From Candidatus Parcubacteria bacterium (GTDB lineage Bacteria; Patescibacteriota; Minisyncoccia; Phycocordibacterales; JBAYGS01): a stretch of DNA of 64,000 bases. The notes beneath the pieces are model-generated. The model saw only the letters and a list, made by a program, of their open reading frames with translations. It was not told the DNA's origin and searched no databases. Numbering within the stretch: the stretch's first letter is position 1; each line of letters opens with the position of its first letter. This document shows, piece after piece, positions 46,792 to 56,451 of the stretch. A program made the position numbers and the translations under genes. The stretch is from assembly GCA_039795895.1 (NCBI GenBank), contig JBDKKW010000001.1:18837-82836 (forward strand), in the 5' to 3' direction.

Positions 46792-47790
46792 ATGAAAAAA
46801 ATGAATGGTCTCCTCTGGGCCTTGGTCGCGATGATCCTGTGCGTGTTCAATCTCAACCTCAACGCCGCCCAAGGCTTTGATGGTTCGATGATTGCCGGTT
46901 CGGACAACCTGCGCAACTACGCGTTGAAGCAGGTCAAGCGCGGCTTTATCTCCCTGTCGTCCATCAGCATGGACTACACCTACAAGGGTGGCGTCACCTC
47001 CGCTGAAGTGGTGGGTGATTATGCCGAGGAGGTGCTCGCGAAACTTGGGGCTGTGGAGTTTGTCTTCCGGCTCACCAATCCTGATGACGCGGTGAATGGA
47101 TATCTGTATCTGTATGACGCGAACAACAACTTGTTGTTCTACGGTTCTACTCAGTTTAAATTGGCAGATCTTGCCAATGGTAAACCGAAATACAGTATCT
47201 GGATCCAAGAAATCCCGCTTTCGACCGGTGTTGTGTCGGCAGAAGTGTTGGCGCTCAATCCGGATGGCACTACTGGTGGCCAAGTGAATCGCCTGCGTGT
47301 GAATGATAACGGCCAACTCCTCTTTCAGCCGTGGATGGCTGGAGTGGGTAATGGTCTCCTTGTAGTTAAATACAAGGACGGGGATGTGCTCACCTACCGG
47401 TTGGCTAATCCTGAGAATGAATCCACTCCAAGCGTTTCGAGCGAGAGCTCTGAATTCTCGATCCAAGGGCACTATGTGTTCAAGGATCCGAGTCCGCGGA
47501 AAATCAAAATTCTTGCCCTTTGGGATCGGCCGACAGTCTTCCTTGAGTTGACTGTCGAAAGTCCGATGAGTATTGAATTTGATATTGCCGGCGTTATCCA
47601 GAAGGGTTCTGAAATTCAGTTTGAGCGCCCTACTGCGATTATTGCTGAGGGGTGGTCGGTGAAGCTGTTCCAGGATGTCACTACGAATATGGCTCTTCCT
47701 AAGGGCAAATATCGTTTCAAGTTTCAGTGGAAGGAGTTTGGCAGTCCCGGACTGCTCTACACTGGGCCGAGCGACAATGGGAAGGGTTGA
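46792..47790 (+). CDS. Secreted hypothetical protein (332 aa) with a signal peptide
   Basis: MKKMNGLLWALVAMILCVFNLNLNAAQG... GC is above the local average. The minus ORF 46429..47472 is its antisense shadow. Confidence 0.6.
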   Translation: MKKMNGLLWALVAMILCVFNLNLNAAQGFDGSMIAGSDNLRNYALKQVKRGFISLSSISMDYTYKGGVTSAEVVGDYAEEVLAKLGAVEFVFRLTNPDDAVNGYLYLYDANNNLLFYGSTQFKLADLANGKPKYSIWIQEIPLSTGVVSAEVLALNPDGTTGGQVNRLRVNDNGQLLFQPWMAGVGNGLLVVKYKDGDVLTYRLANPENESTPSVSSESSEFSIQGHYVFKDPSPRKIKILALWDRPTVFLELTVESPMSIEFDIAGVIQKGSEIQFERPTAIIAEGWSVKLFQDVTTNMALPKGKYRFKFQWKEFGSPGLLYTGPSDNGKG

Positions 47791-47797
47791 TTCTGTT

Positions 47798-47835
47798 CTT
47801 TAACGCAGCGCGTGTCCGCACAGGACACGCGCTTT
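47798..47835 (+). terminator. Terminator AGCGCGTGTCCgcacaGGACACGCGCTTTTCTATTT
   Basis: Hairpin plus T-run. Confidence 0.6.
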
Positions 47836-47934
47836 TCTATTTCCCAATTTTCCCTACATTAAGTCTGATTATGTAGCTGGAAAATTGAGGACCCAGCACC
47901 TTTCGGGAAAGGTGCTGGGTGGAGTGGTTATACT

Positions 47935-48289
47935 ATGAAGAAGAACTTGGTCACAACTCTCGCCTCGTCGTCACTCGGCGAGGTCGCGAAGCCTCCGCCG
48001 GCACGATTTACTAATCGCCCATTCGCGGTTTCGCTTACTAGCGAAACATCGCTCCGCTTTTCAAGTCTCTCACGGAGTCGCGTTCAGCGACTCCTTCCCG
48101 GCACAACCTCGCTAACGCTTGTTTTGTGCCGGGAGACGCTTGGTCACAAGTTGTTTTTTTTGCCGTCGCTCAAAAACACTTGCGACCCCGCCTCGTACCG
48201 CTTGTTGCTACAAGCGGTTGACTCCGGCTTTCAAGTCTCTCGCGCAGGCAAAATCGTTTGCCTGCTTCCCATCACTTCGCTACGCTTTG
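47935..48289. repeat. Hairpin-rich region with degenerate tRNA-Leu fragments (pseudo-tRNA / att remnants)
   Basis: TTGTGCCGGGAGA (48117-48129) duplicates the tRNA-Leu(CAA) 3' end (48286-48298). tttcaagtctctc occurs twice (48055, 48227), resembling the T-arm gagagacttgaa. Multiple hairpins present (GGAGTCGCgttcaGCGACTCC, GCAGGCAAAatcgTTTGCCTGC, CCGCTTGTtgctACAAGCGG). The track ORF 47935..48318 overlaps the tRNA and is rejected. Confidence 0.5.
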
Positions 48290-48372
48290 TGCCGGGAGAG
48301 AGACTTGAACTCTCATGACATTGCTGTCGATCGATTTTGAGTCGATTGCGTCTACCATTCCGCCATCCCGGC
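48290..48372 (-). tRNA. tRNA-Leu (anticodon CAA), long variable arm, no CCA
   Basis: Reverse complement GCCGGGATGGCGGAATGGTAGACGCAATCGACTCAAAATCGATCGACAGCAATGTCATGAGAGTTCAAGTCTCTCTCCCGGCA. Confidence 0.8.
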
Positions 48373-48664
48373 ATTACTACCTGGTACTCTAACGTAAAAT
48401 CAGCAAGATTACAATTACTTTGTTTGCTGTTAGTGCTATTTGACAGATATGTTTGCTTATGTATAATTATCCTAGACTTGCAAATGGGAGATTTGGTCTC
48501 AAATAAATCTCTCAACACACGGAAGAACGCTTTGCGTTGTGTCTTTTTGTAAGGGGCTAGATTTTGTCTTTCCTGACTCTGGCGCGCTGTAGTTTGAGCT
48601 ATTGAAAGTATGCTCATTCGTTCAGCACTTTCAAGGATAACACTGACCATGTTATCCTTTTTTT

Positions 48665-49561
48665 ATGTCAGTTAAACCCAAAATCATCGTCATCCTCGGT
48701 CCCACCGCAGTCGGAAAAAGCGACTTGGCTGTTGTCCTTGCTCGAAAATATAATGGCGAAGTTATTTCAGCTGACTCTCGTCAGGTGTACGGAGGTCTCG
48801 ATATTGGTACCGGCAAAATTACGGTTGAAGAAATGCAAGGTGTCCCGCACCATCTACTTGATGTTGCTGATCCACAAACCGTATTTACTGTGGAGCACTA
48901 CAAAAAGCTCGCACAAAAAGCAATCATCGATATCGTAAAACGAGGGAAAGTACCAATCATCTGCGGAGGTACCGGTTTTTATATTCATTATCTCATCGAC
49001 GATGTGTCGATTGTTGATGTCCCTCCAAACAAAGCTTTGCGAACCGAGCTTTCAAAGAAGTCTGTTGAAGCACTTTTTGAAATGTTGGAAGACCTTGACC
49101 CTGATCGAGCGGAGAATATTGATAGACAAAATCCAGTGCGATTGATTCGGGCGATTGAGATTGCAACAGAGCTTGGTAAGGTGCCGAAAGTGGAGACCAA
49201 CGCGCCGTATGAGGTGCTTCAGATTGGTATTGATGCACCCGACGACTTACTTAAAGAAAAGATTAAAATTCGTCTTGAAAAAAGATTGGCCAGTGGAATG
49301 GTGGCAGAAGTCGAAGGTTTGATTGCGAAAGGGGTGAGCTTTGAGCGACTGTTTAGTTTGGGACTTGAATATCGATATGTTTCTCAATACCTCAAAAAAG
49401 AAATCACTGAAGCCGAAATGAAAGAGCGATTATTTTTTGCCATTTGGCACTACGTGAAGCGTCAACGCGCGTGGTTTAAAAGAGATAAAAGAATTGTGTG
49501 GTGTTCTCTGGTTGATATGAAATTGATTGAAGAGACCATGGGAAAATTCTTGGGATTGTGA
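48665..49561 (+). CDS. miaA: tRNA dimethylallyltransferase
   Basis: P-loop ILGPTAVGKSDLA, SADSRQVY, DIGTGK motifs. Confidence 0.9.
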   Translation: MSVKPKIIVILGPTAVGKSDLAVVLARKYNGEVISADSRQVYGGLDIGTGKITVEEMQGVPHHLLDVADPQTVFTVEHYKKLAQKAIIDIVKRGKVPIICGGTGFYIHYLIDDVSIVDVPPNKALRTELSKKSVEALFEMLEDLDPDRAENIDRQNPVRLIRAIEIATELGKVPKVETNAPYEVLQIGIDAPDDLLKEKIKIRLEKRLASGMVAEVEGLIAKGVSFERLFSLGLEYRYVSQYLKKEITEAEMKERLFFAIWHYVKRQRAWFKRDKRIVWCSLVDMKLIEETMGKFLGL

Positions 49562-49576
49562 TAGGATGCCTGTGTT

Positions 49577-49648
49577 GGGCCTGTAGTTTCAATGGTAAAA
49601 CATCGCACTCCAAACGCGAGGTTCCCAGTTCGAGTCTGGGCGGGCCCG
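49577..49648 (+). tRNA. tRNA-Trp (anticodon CCA), no CCA end encoded
   Basis: GGGCCTGTAGTTTCAATGGTAAAACATCGCACTCCAAACGCGAGGTTCCCAGTTCGAGTCTGGGCGGGCCCG. Confidence 0.75.
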
Positions 49649-49669
49649 CAGTGAACTTTTTAAATAATA

Positions 49670-49705
49670 AAAATACCCGCCGTACGGCGGGTATTTTTAT
49701 TATTT
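49670..49705. terminator. Bidirectional terminator AAAAATACCCGCCgtacGGCGGGTATTTTTATTATTT
   Basis: Sits between tRNA-Trp (+) and rpmG (-). Confidence 0.65.
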
Positions 49706-49858
49706 CTTTCCTTCTTTGTGGGTAGTAGCTTTCTTACACCATTTGCAAAACTTCTTGAGCTCGATTTTGCGCTCAACTTTCTTTTTGTTCTTGCGACTCC
49801 AGTAGTTTGTTCGCTTACATTTTGAGCAGGCGAGTCTGATGAGTTGATCTTGAGACAT
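49700..49858 (-). CDS. rpmG: 50S ribosomal protein L33
   Basis: MSQDQLIRLACSKCKRTNYWSRKNKKKVERKIELKKFCKWCKKATTHKE, with the two Cys pairs of the L33 zinc ribbon. Confidence 0.8.
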   Translation of the reverse strand: MSQDQLIRLACSKCKRTNYWSRKNKKKVERKIELKKFCKWCKKATTHKEGKK

Positions 49859-50034
49859 AGTAATTTTGGTAGTAGGTTGGCGTCGGAATCGAAATTGTTG
49901 ATTTAGACGTGGGTGCAATTGTAGCAAATCTCTGGAATCTGCGCAAGTCAGTGTATTTATGGGGGAATTTGTGCACTTGTGTACTTTTGGAGTGTGCTAG
50001 AATAGATAAATATTAGTAAATCAGCGATTTTCAC

Positions 50035-51141
50035 ATGGTTCAATTTTTCAGCAATTCAATATTTTGGGTCGAAGTCGAGAAAATTCGACCAAACCCATTT
50101 CAGCCACGCCGTGAGTTTGAGCAGGCACGTCTCAATGATCTCTCCGAATCCATCCGTCAGTACGGTATTCTCCAGCCTCTCGTGGTCACTCGAAAAGAGT
50201 CACTCAAAGGGGATGAGGGTCTTGAGGTGTACTACGAGCTCATTTCTGGCGAGCGCCGACTTCGTGCGTCAAAAATCGCTGGACTTAAATCGGTGCCGGT
50301 GCTGATTCGTAGTGACGAAGAGTCTGATCGAATGAAGCTTGAACTTGCGATTATTGAAAACCTCCAGCGTGAAGATTTGAATGCGGTAGATCGCGCGATT
50401 GCTTTTGATAAGCTCGCAAAAGAATTCAAACTCAATCACGGACAAATTGGTCAAAAAGTAGGGAAGAGTCGTGAGTATGTTTCCAACACCCTGCGTATTC
50501 TCCTCTTGCCACAAGAAATGCTCAACGCACTTTCAGAAGGCAAAATGTCTGAGGGGCACACTCGTCCACTCTTGATGCTCACTGATCGAAAGGAGGAGCA
50601 AGAAACGCTCTTTAAAGAAATTATGTATAAAAAGGTGACGGTGCGTGAGGCAGAGCTGATCGCTCGACGCATCGCCACTGATCGTGCGCGTAACAAAGAG
50701 TCTCTTCCTGATCCTGAAATTGCCGATATGGAACGCAAGCTCACCGAGTCACTCGGTACTCGCGTGCAGATTGAGCGAAGACAGAAAGGTGGACGGATTT
50801 CGATTGAGTATTTTTCTCCAGCCGATTTGCATCAGATTTTGGACATGATGAAGTCAAATGAAAAGCGACGAGTGGGTGATATGCTCAATCGCCACATTGC
50901 GTCAGTGCAGGGAAGTGCTCCTGTCTCTACTCCTGCTTCAGCGCAACCGGGCACACCTGTTGCTCCTACTACTGCCACTCCAGCACAAAATCAGGCGACT
51001 CCGACGGTCTCAGATGTTCCTCCGGTGGTCCCAAGTGCTATCGACGAATCTTCTGCTCCAATCGACGACCGAACTAAAGAAGAAAAAGAGAGTGATGAGA
51101 ATACAGAAGAACTCTACTCAATCAAAAACTTCAGCTTATAA
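50035..51141 (+). CDS. parB: ParB/Spo0J-family partition protein with a Pro/Ala/Thr-rich C-terminal extension; no parA in the window
   Basis: ParB box ELISGERRLRASKIAG; HTH ..NHGQIGQKVGKSREYVSNTLRIL; C-terminal ..PASAQPGTPVAPTTATPAQNQATP... Confidence 0.85.
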   Translation: MVQFFSNSIFWVEVEKIRPNPFQPRREFEQARLNDLSESIRQYGILQPLVVTRKESLKGDEGLEVYYELISGERRLRASKIAGLKSVPVLIRSDEESDRMKLELAIIENLQREDLNAVDRAIAFDKLAKEFKLNHGQIGQKVGKSREYVSNTLRILLLPQEMLNALSEGKMSEGHTRPLLMLTDRKEEQETLFKEIMYKKVTVREAELIARRIATDRARNKESLPDPEIADMERKLTESLGTRVQIERRQKGGRISIEYFSPADLHQILDMMKSNEKRRVGDMLNRHIASVQGSAPVSTPASAQPGTPVAPTTATPAQNQATPTVSDVPPVVPSAIDESSAPIDDRTKEEKESDENTEELYSIKNFSL

Positions 51142-51279
51142 TAATTCTAAAATCACCCCATCTGCTTTGTCGTCAGTTCCGTCCGCTCCCGCACGGTATG
51201 TCTATATACCGTTTGGTCACGGTACTCACTGGCTTCGCGCATCTGAGGTAATTTTAAAATTACCTATATATTTTTGATA

Positions 51280-51310
51280 AAGAAAATCGCCGACAAAAGT
51301 CGGCGATTAC
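51280..51310 (+). terminator. Terminator AAAATCGCCGACaaaaGTCGGCGATTacgttt
   Basis: Hairpin after parB. Confidence 0.5.
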
Positions 51311-51618
51311 GTTTGGGGAAGAGCGATTTCTAATTGTCGCTCATCCTGGTGCTGAGCGAGACGAATTCGCAAGAGAAGCTGTGCGTCAGATAATGCTTCA
51401 TCTGTATCGATAAAAATTTTCAAAAATTTTTCCATCGAGCCTTCAAAGTGACACCCGTGACACCGAAAGCGGTGTGATTTCGGCCACATATGCATAGACG
51501 GAGTTTTTTCACGGTGTACCGGGCAAAGAATGATGATCACTCCGGTCGATCTTTTGGTGTAAGGTAGCTTGAGCATCTTACACACGTGTTCCCATGTTGG
51601 GTTGGGTAAGAAGTCCAT
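51307..51618 (-). CDS. Stand-alone CHC2 (DnaG-primase-type) zinc-finger protein (103 aa)
   Basis: CPVHREKTPSMHMWPKSHRFRCHGCHFEGS versus the primase zinc finger CPFH.EKTPSF.V......YHCFGC...G. Confidence 0.55.
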   Translation of the reverse strand: MDFLPNPTWEHVCKMLKLPYTKRSTGVIIILCPVHREKTPSMHMWPKSHRFRCHGCHFEGSMEKFLKIFIDTDEALSDAQLLLRIRLAQHQDERQLEIALPQT

Positions 51619-51805
51619 AGTTTACCTTTGTTGATTGTTGAAAGAGCAAAGACGCTCCTACCTACGCACAGATCCTCACAGGAATCTGTTGGTAGATGAA
51701 AACACGAGGTTCTCAAAAATGCAGGAGCGTGCCCTAAGTCTGGCACACTTACCAACAGAAAACAACACTTTTTGCTATGTGAAAGGGGTACCGTACGCAT
51801 TACTT

Positions 51806-51836
51806 GACAAAAAGATTATAATTTGCTATATTACCG
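51806..51836 (+). promoter_or_regulatory. Promoter TTGACA-N17-TATATT upstream of the flotillin-like gene
   Basis: cttgacaaaaagattataatttgctatatt. Confidence 0.5.
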
Positions 51837-51875
51837 CCGAACAGTTCTTTACAACTTACTTACTATTCATCAGAG

Positions 51876-51935
51876 CAAAAAGCTCGTTTAGGCCCTTGTT
51901 GAGCGGTCTTTTTGCTCTGATGAATCGAGTGACGC
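51876..51935 (+). promoter_or_regulatory. 17-bp inverted repeat TTCATCAGAGCAAAAAG ... CTTTTTGCTCTGATGAA (25-nt loop) in the 5' leader of the flotillin-like gene
   Basis: Perfect arms, read directly from the sequence. Confidence 0.6.
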
Positions 51936-51938
51936 ATC

Positions 51939-53927
51939 GTGCGCTTCGGTATGTCAGAACACTTAAAGAAAGGCAGAAAAAGTATGTTTGCGTTCATTGT
52001 GAAGCTGGTGTTGGGTGTCGTGCTCTTCTCGTTTGCACGGTATTTGTTCGGTCGCGCCAAAGAGCCTACGGGCCGGCGCGATGAAGGTGCCATCACTCCT
52101 TTGCTGGCAGGTTTGCTGGGCAAGGTTGGTGTGTCGTTGTCGGTTGCCATGATTTTCTGGGCCATCATCGGTACCAGTATGATCTGGGTGCCGTCCGGGA
52201 AGATTGCCACGTTTAAGCGGATCTACTTCGCTTCGCCTCTGCCTACGGGCAAGATCGTGGCGTTGGACAATCAGCTCGGACCGCAGGCTCGCATCATGAC
52301 CGCTGGGTTTCACTTTGAACCATTCGTCACACTCCTCAATGAAGTCGAGGATGTGCCGGTGTTCTCTGTGCCCAATGGCCAGTGTGCGATCATCTCGGCG
52401 CGTGATGGTGTGATCTTGCCGGGTAATCCGGCATTTCCGCCTCCGTGGTCAGATGAGACCAAGCTGAAGATGATCAACGACGCCGAATACTTCCTCACGG
52501 AAGGAAAAGGTGTGCGTGGTCCTCAAACGACGGTCCTGACACCTGGTTCGTATAACATCAATCCGTTTTTGTGGGAGGCCCCGAAACTGGTCGCCGCACA
52601 ACGGGTTGAGCAAGGCACGGTCGCTGTCGTGAAGTCGTCGGTGCGAGCTGCGGTGGACTTCGGTCCGTTCCGTCGCCCGCTCTCTGTCGATGGTAAACTC
52701 AAGGTGCTCACGTTGGAGCGACTCCAGAAGGATTCGGCCAATGTGCTCTTGGTGCCTGTCGGCGAGATCGGTGTGTGGGAGGAACCGTTGCCAAACGGTC
52801 TCTACTACATCAACACCGACGCATACAAGGTCACGATGGTGCCGACGGTCGCGCAGGTCCACGAATACAAAGGTGGATACAAAAAGCGCTCGGTTGAAAT
52901 CAGCCTCAGTGACAAAGGCACGATTACCGAACGGGTCAGTGAAGTGGATGTGCAACCGGCGAATGCAAAGTCGGACACCGCCATCTTTACGAAGCCCGAA
53001 GGGTGGGATGTGCCTCAGGAAGTGCGGGTGATTGTGCAGGTTAGTCCGGAGATGGCGCCATTTGTGGTGGCATCGCTCGGATTGACCGAAGCAAATGCGA
53101 CGCACGTCATTGAAGACCGTGTGGTGACTCCGATCGTTCGTTCGGTTGTGCGCGATGTGCTTGGTGGGGCTCAAATCCTCTTCAAACAAATGCGCGCGAT
53201 CCTCGACGACAAGGGTATGCCGGTCATCGGTGCCGATGGCAATCCGAAAACCGAGATGCATCAGGAGTTCCGTGCGGTGAAAGTGATGGACTTGCTCGAG
53301 CAACGCGCTTCTCTCGAAGAGGCGATTGATTCTCGGGTGAGGCCTGAAGCGCTGAAAGAGGGTGTGACGGTCAACGAAGTCCGTCTGTCCGAATCGGCGA
53401 TTCCTGCTGAGCTTCTGATTGCGCGCAAGCGTGAACAGCTCGCTCAACAGCTCACCAAGGCATGGACTGCCGAACAGACTGCGCAAGCCCAGCGTCAGCT
53501 CACTGAAAATGCTCGGTCACAAGCCGAACAGCAAGGTGAGTTGGTGAAGGCTGATATCGCGGCACAGGCGGCAAAGCAACGCGCCAATGCTCGGACGATT
53601 GAGGCCGATGGCGAGAAAGCCTATCTGCTCGCGGTCGCTGAAGGACAGAAGGCCCAGTCTCTGGTCCTTGGTCCCGAAACGACTGCCAAGTTGCAGATGT
53701 TCCAGCAGCTTCTCAAAGCCGGCATGGAGCTGGTGGAGAAGAATCCGGAAATGATCAAGGCTGGTCTCGAAAGCGCGCACAAGTTTGTGCCGACTGTGAT
53801 GGTGAACTCGTCTGGTCAGGGTAGCGGAAATATGGAGGGGGCTGCGGCCGTCTTCGGACATCTGCTAACTACTGGTGGAGCTCAACCGTTTAAGCCGGTG
53901 TCCACTCAGGCGGTCACTACGAAGTAA
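51939..53927 (+). CDS. Flotillin-like SPFH-family protein (long form, about 650 aa); start may be the internal ATG at about 51984
   Basis: N-terminal TM helices, an SPFH-like core, and a long Ala/Gln/Glu-rich coiled region (..AQAQRQLTENARSQAEQQGELVKADIAAQAAKQRANARTIEADGEKAYLLAVAEGQKAQ..). Confidence 0.65.
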   Translation: MRFGMSEHLKKGRKSMFAFIVKLVLGVVLFSFARYLFGRAKEPTGRRDEGAITPLLAGLLGKVGVSLSVAMIFWAIIGTSMIWVPSGKIATFKRIYFASPLPTGKIVALDNQLGPQARIMTAGFHFEPFVTLLNEVEDVPVFSVPNGQCAIISARDGVILPGNPAFPPPWSDETKLKMINDAEYFLTEGKGVRGPQTTVLTPGSYNINPFLWEAPKLVAAQRVEQGTVAVVKSSVRAAVDFGPFRRPLSVDGKLKVLTLERLQKDSANVLLVPVGEIGVWEEPLPNGLYYINTDAYKVTMVPTVAQVHEYKGGYKKRSVEISLSDKGTITERVSEVDVQPANAKSDTAIFTKPEGWDVPQEVRVIVQVSPEMAPFVVASLGLTEANATHVIEDRVVTPIVRSVVRDVLGGAQILFKQMRAILDDKGMPVIGADGNPKTEMHQEFRAVKVMDLLEQRASLEEAIDSRVRPEALKEGVTVNEVRLSESAIPAELLIARKREQLAQQLTKAWTAEQTAQAQRQLTENARSQAEQQGELVKADIAAQAAKQRANARTIEADGEKAYLLAVAEGQKAQSLVLGPETTAKLQMFQQLLKAGMELVEKNPEMIKAGLESAHKFVPTVMVNSSGQGSGNMEGAAAVFGHLLTTGGAQPFKPVSTQAVTTK

Positions 53928-53992
53928 GTGGTTTTGAAAACGCAAAGGCGCAACACGGAGTGTTGCGCCTTTTTCTATTGTTCTAGTTTAAG

Positions 53993-56167
53993 CTATTTTG
54001 TTTTCTCTAGCTTGTGTGGGTTATGATTTGCACAAGCCTTATTACTACATCTCTCAGGAATCGTCTTCGTGCCATCCATCATGAGTGACTGACACATTGG
54101 GCAGATGTTGCCGGTAGGGCGAGCTTTGATTGCGTTTTTACACTTTGGATAATTTGAGCAACTGTAGAATGCACCAAAGCGTCCGCGTCGCTCGGTCATC
54201 ATGCCGTCTTTGCAGGTCGGACACTGTACGCCGGTCGAGTTTTGTCGCTCGAGCTCAGCGTCTTTTTTAATAAACTTACATTTTGGGTAGTTGTTGCAAG
54301 AAATAAATCGGCCAAATTTACCATCTCGCTCCACCAGCTTGCCGTCTTTACACTCAGGACACGCTTCGCCAGTCTCTTTTGGTCCGGCTAGTTCGATGCC
54401 GTCGATAGTGCGTGCACCCAGACAATCAGGAAAATCTTTGCACGACAGGAATTTGCCGGTCTTGCCGAGCTTGATGAGCATTCCTTTACCACACTTCGGA
54501 CACACATATTTTGCATCCGCCTCACCCATATCTGTAATCTTGGCAGTCTTCTCGCGAGACTTCACCTCTTTCAAAAATGGTTTGTAGAAATCGCCGAGCG
54601 TTTTTTCGTAGGTACGGTCGCCATTGGCAATATCATCGAGCTTGTCTTCCATCTCGGCGGTAAAAGTATCGCTGACATAATCTTTGAAATTGTCTTCAAT
54701 AAAAGTACTGACCACGTCTCCCGTGTCAGTCGGGCAGAGAGCTTTATTTATTTTACTCACATACCCACGCTCTTCGAGTGTCTTGATGATAGATGCGTAG
54801 GTCGACGGTCGGCCGATACCGCGCTTTTCGAGCTCTTTGACGAGGCCTGCTTCAGAATATCTTGGTGGCGGTTCGGTAGCTTTTTCTTCGGTGTGAATAT
54901 CGAGGAAAGTTAATTTTTCTCCGACGGTGACTTTTGGAAGCTCGACATCTTCGCCTCGAGCATCAGGGTCGGCGAGAAGCCAGCCAGGGGAGAGAGTACG
55001 TGAGCCGTTAGCAGAGAAATGAGGGATGGTCGCATCACTGCCGACAGCCACTTCGATTTTACTTCGCAAGATTTTTGCATCAGCCATCTGTGAGGCTATG
55101 GTGCGTTGCCAGATCAGCGTGTAGAGTGCTTGCTGTTCGGGAGTGCTTCCGGCTTCGTCGTGAGCCATATGGGTCGGACGGATTGCCTCGTGCGCTTCCT
55201 GTGCATTTTTACTTTTCTTGGTGAACGTGCGAGGACTGACCAGTTCTTTTCCGTATTTCTTTTCGATGGTTGCAAGGATTTGACCGACAGCCACCGTACT
55301 GAGGTTGGTACTATCAGTACGCATATAGGTGATAAGGCCGGCTTCGTAGAGCTTCTGGGCGACGCCCATGGTGCGAGAGGGAGCAAAGCCGAGGCGAGTA
55401 CTGGCGGTCTGCTGGAGGGTCGAGGTGATGAACGGCGCTTTTGGTGAGCGCTTAGCTTCGGTCTCCGTGACATCTATCACCACCCACGAATCTTTTTTGC
55501 CGGCAGTGACGATTTTGTCTACTAGATTTTTGTCTCGAGGCTCTTCGACACAAGTCAAAAGCAATGCAACATTTTTTGCTGTCTTGGTGTCGGCGGTAAT
55601 GACCCAGAATTTCTCGGAGATAAACGCGCGGATTTCTCGCTCGCGTTCCATAATGATACGGAGCGCGGGGGACTGCACGCGACCAGCCGAAAGACCGTAG
55701 CGTACTTTTTTCCAAATCAAACCAGAGAGGTCGTAGCCTACCAAACGGTCGAGCACACGTCGGGCTTCTTGAGCTTTGCGGAGATTTTGATCAATGTCTC
55801 GGGGGTGTTTGATGGCTTCGATGACAGCGTCTTTGGTAATTTCATAAAAGACTACTCGGCGAGGTTTTTTGAGGCCGGTAGCTTCGGCGATGTGCCACGA
55901 GATGGCTTCACCTTCTCGGTCGGGGTCTGTCGCAAGGAGGATTTCGTCTGCTTTTTTGGCGAGGGATTTGATTTCTGCCACTACTGATTCTTTGCCTTTT
56001 GAGATTTCGTAGGTCGGTACGAAGCCCGCATCAATATCGATTGCCTTTTTATTACTCTTTGGTAAATCACGAATGTGACCGACCGACGCCACCACTTTGT
56101 ATGCGCCATCCAAATATTTTGAAATAGTTTTTGCTTTCGCCGGCGACTCAACGATCAATAATTTCAT
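53993..56167 (-). CDS. topA: DNA topoisomerase I with C-terminal zinc-ribbon repeats
   Basis: Toprim N-terminus MKLLIVESPAKAKTISKYL; active-site region; C-terminal CPKCGKG..C..C and CPECKDGKL.. CxxC ribbons. Start trimmed to MKLL. Confidence 0.95.
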   Translation of the reverse strand: MKLLIVESPAKAKTISKYLDGAYKVVASVGHIRDLPKSNKKAIDIDAGFVPTYEISKGKESVVAEIKSLAKKADEILLATDPDREGEAISWHIAEATGLKKPRRVVFYEITKDAVIEAIKHPRDIDQNLRKAQEARRVLDRLVGYDLSGLIWKKVRYGLSAGRVQSPALRIIMEREREIRAFISEKFWVITADTKTAKNVALLLTCVEEPRDKNLVDKIVTAGKKDSWVVIDVTETEAKRSPKAPFITSTLQQTASTRLGFAPSRTMGVAQKLYEAGLITYMRTDSTNLSTVAVGQILATIEKKYGKELVSPRTFTKKSKNAQEAHEAIRPTHMAHDEAGSTPEQQALYTLIWQRTIASQMADAKILRSKIEVAVGSDATIPHFSANGSRTLSPGWLLADPDARGEDVELPKVTVGEKLTFLDIHTEEKATEPPPRYSEAGLVKELEKRGIGRPSTYASIIKTLEERGYVSKINKALCPTDTGDVVSTFIEDNFKDYVSDTFTAEMEDKLDDIANGDRTYEKTLGDFYKPFLKEVKSREKTAKITDMGEADAKYVCPKCGKGMLIKLGKTGKFLSCKDFPDCLGARTIDGIELAGPKETGEACPECKDGKLVERDGKFGRFISCNNYPKCKFIKKDAELERQNSTGVQCPTCKDGMMTERRGRFGAFYSCSNYPKCKNAIKARPTGNICPMCQSLMMDGTKTIPERCSNKACANHNPHKLEKTK

Positions 56168-56257
56168 GTGGGTAGTATTGCACGATATGTGAATGATTGG
56201 CAAATCTTAGGTAGTTGGTATACTTAATCTATATTGTTGTAAATAATAAAATTCTCT

Positions 56258-56440
56258 ATGTTTAATATTATAGGTTTAGTGATTGTGGGTTATTTTTTGT
56301 ATGGATTTCACAAAGACGACACATTAAAAGAATTTGAGAATAAAAAATTAAAAGATTTGACGATTAATGATATAGGCTCAATTCTTTGGCTAGTATTTCT
56401 GATACTGATTCTTGGTAGACTTTTACAAAATCTATTTTAA
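56258..56440 (+). CDS. Small two-TM membrane protein (60 aa) in an AT-rich islet
   Basis: MFNIIGLVIVGYFLYGF...ILWLVFLILILGRLL. About 30% GC. Confidence 0.35.
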   Translation: MFNIIGLVIVGYFLYGFHKDDTLKEFENKKLKDLTINDIGSILWLVFLILILGRLLQNLF

Positions 56441-56451
56441 TCTAAATAGTA

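Noticed and set aside
46429-47472. 347-aa minus-strand ORF
   Set aside because: Antisense shadow of the GC-rich secreted-protein gene 46792..47790. Its composition is junk-like (Arg/His-rich), with no signal peptide or domain. The plus-strand gene has a clear signal peptide and terminator.
47935-48318. ORF of 127 aa
   Set aside because: Overlaps tRNA-Leu(CAA) and a hairpin and pseudo-tRNA-rich region. Ser/Leu/Arg-rich low-complexity translation.
52449-53486. Minus ORF of 345 aa
   Set aside because: Antisense to the flotillin-like gene. Arg/His-rich junk composition.
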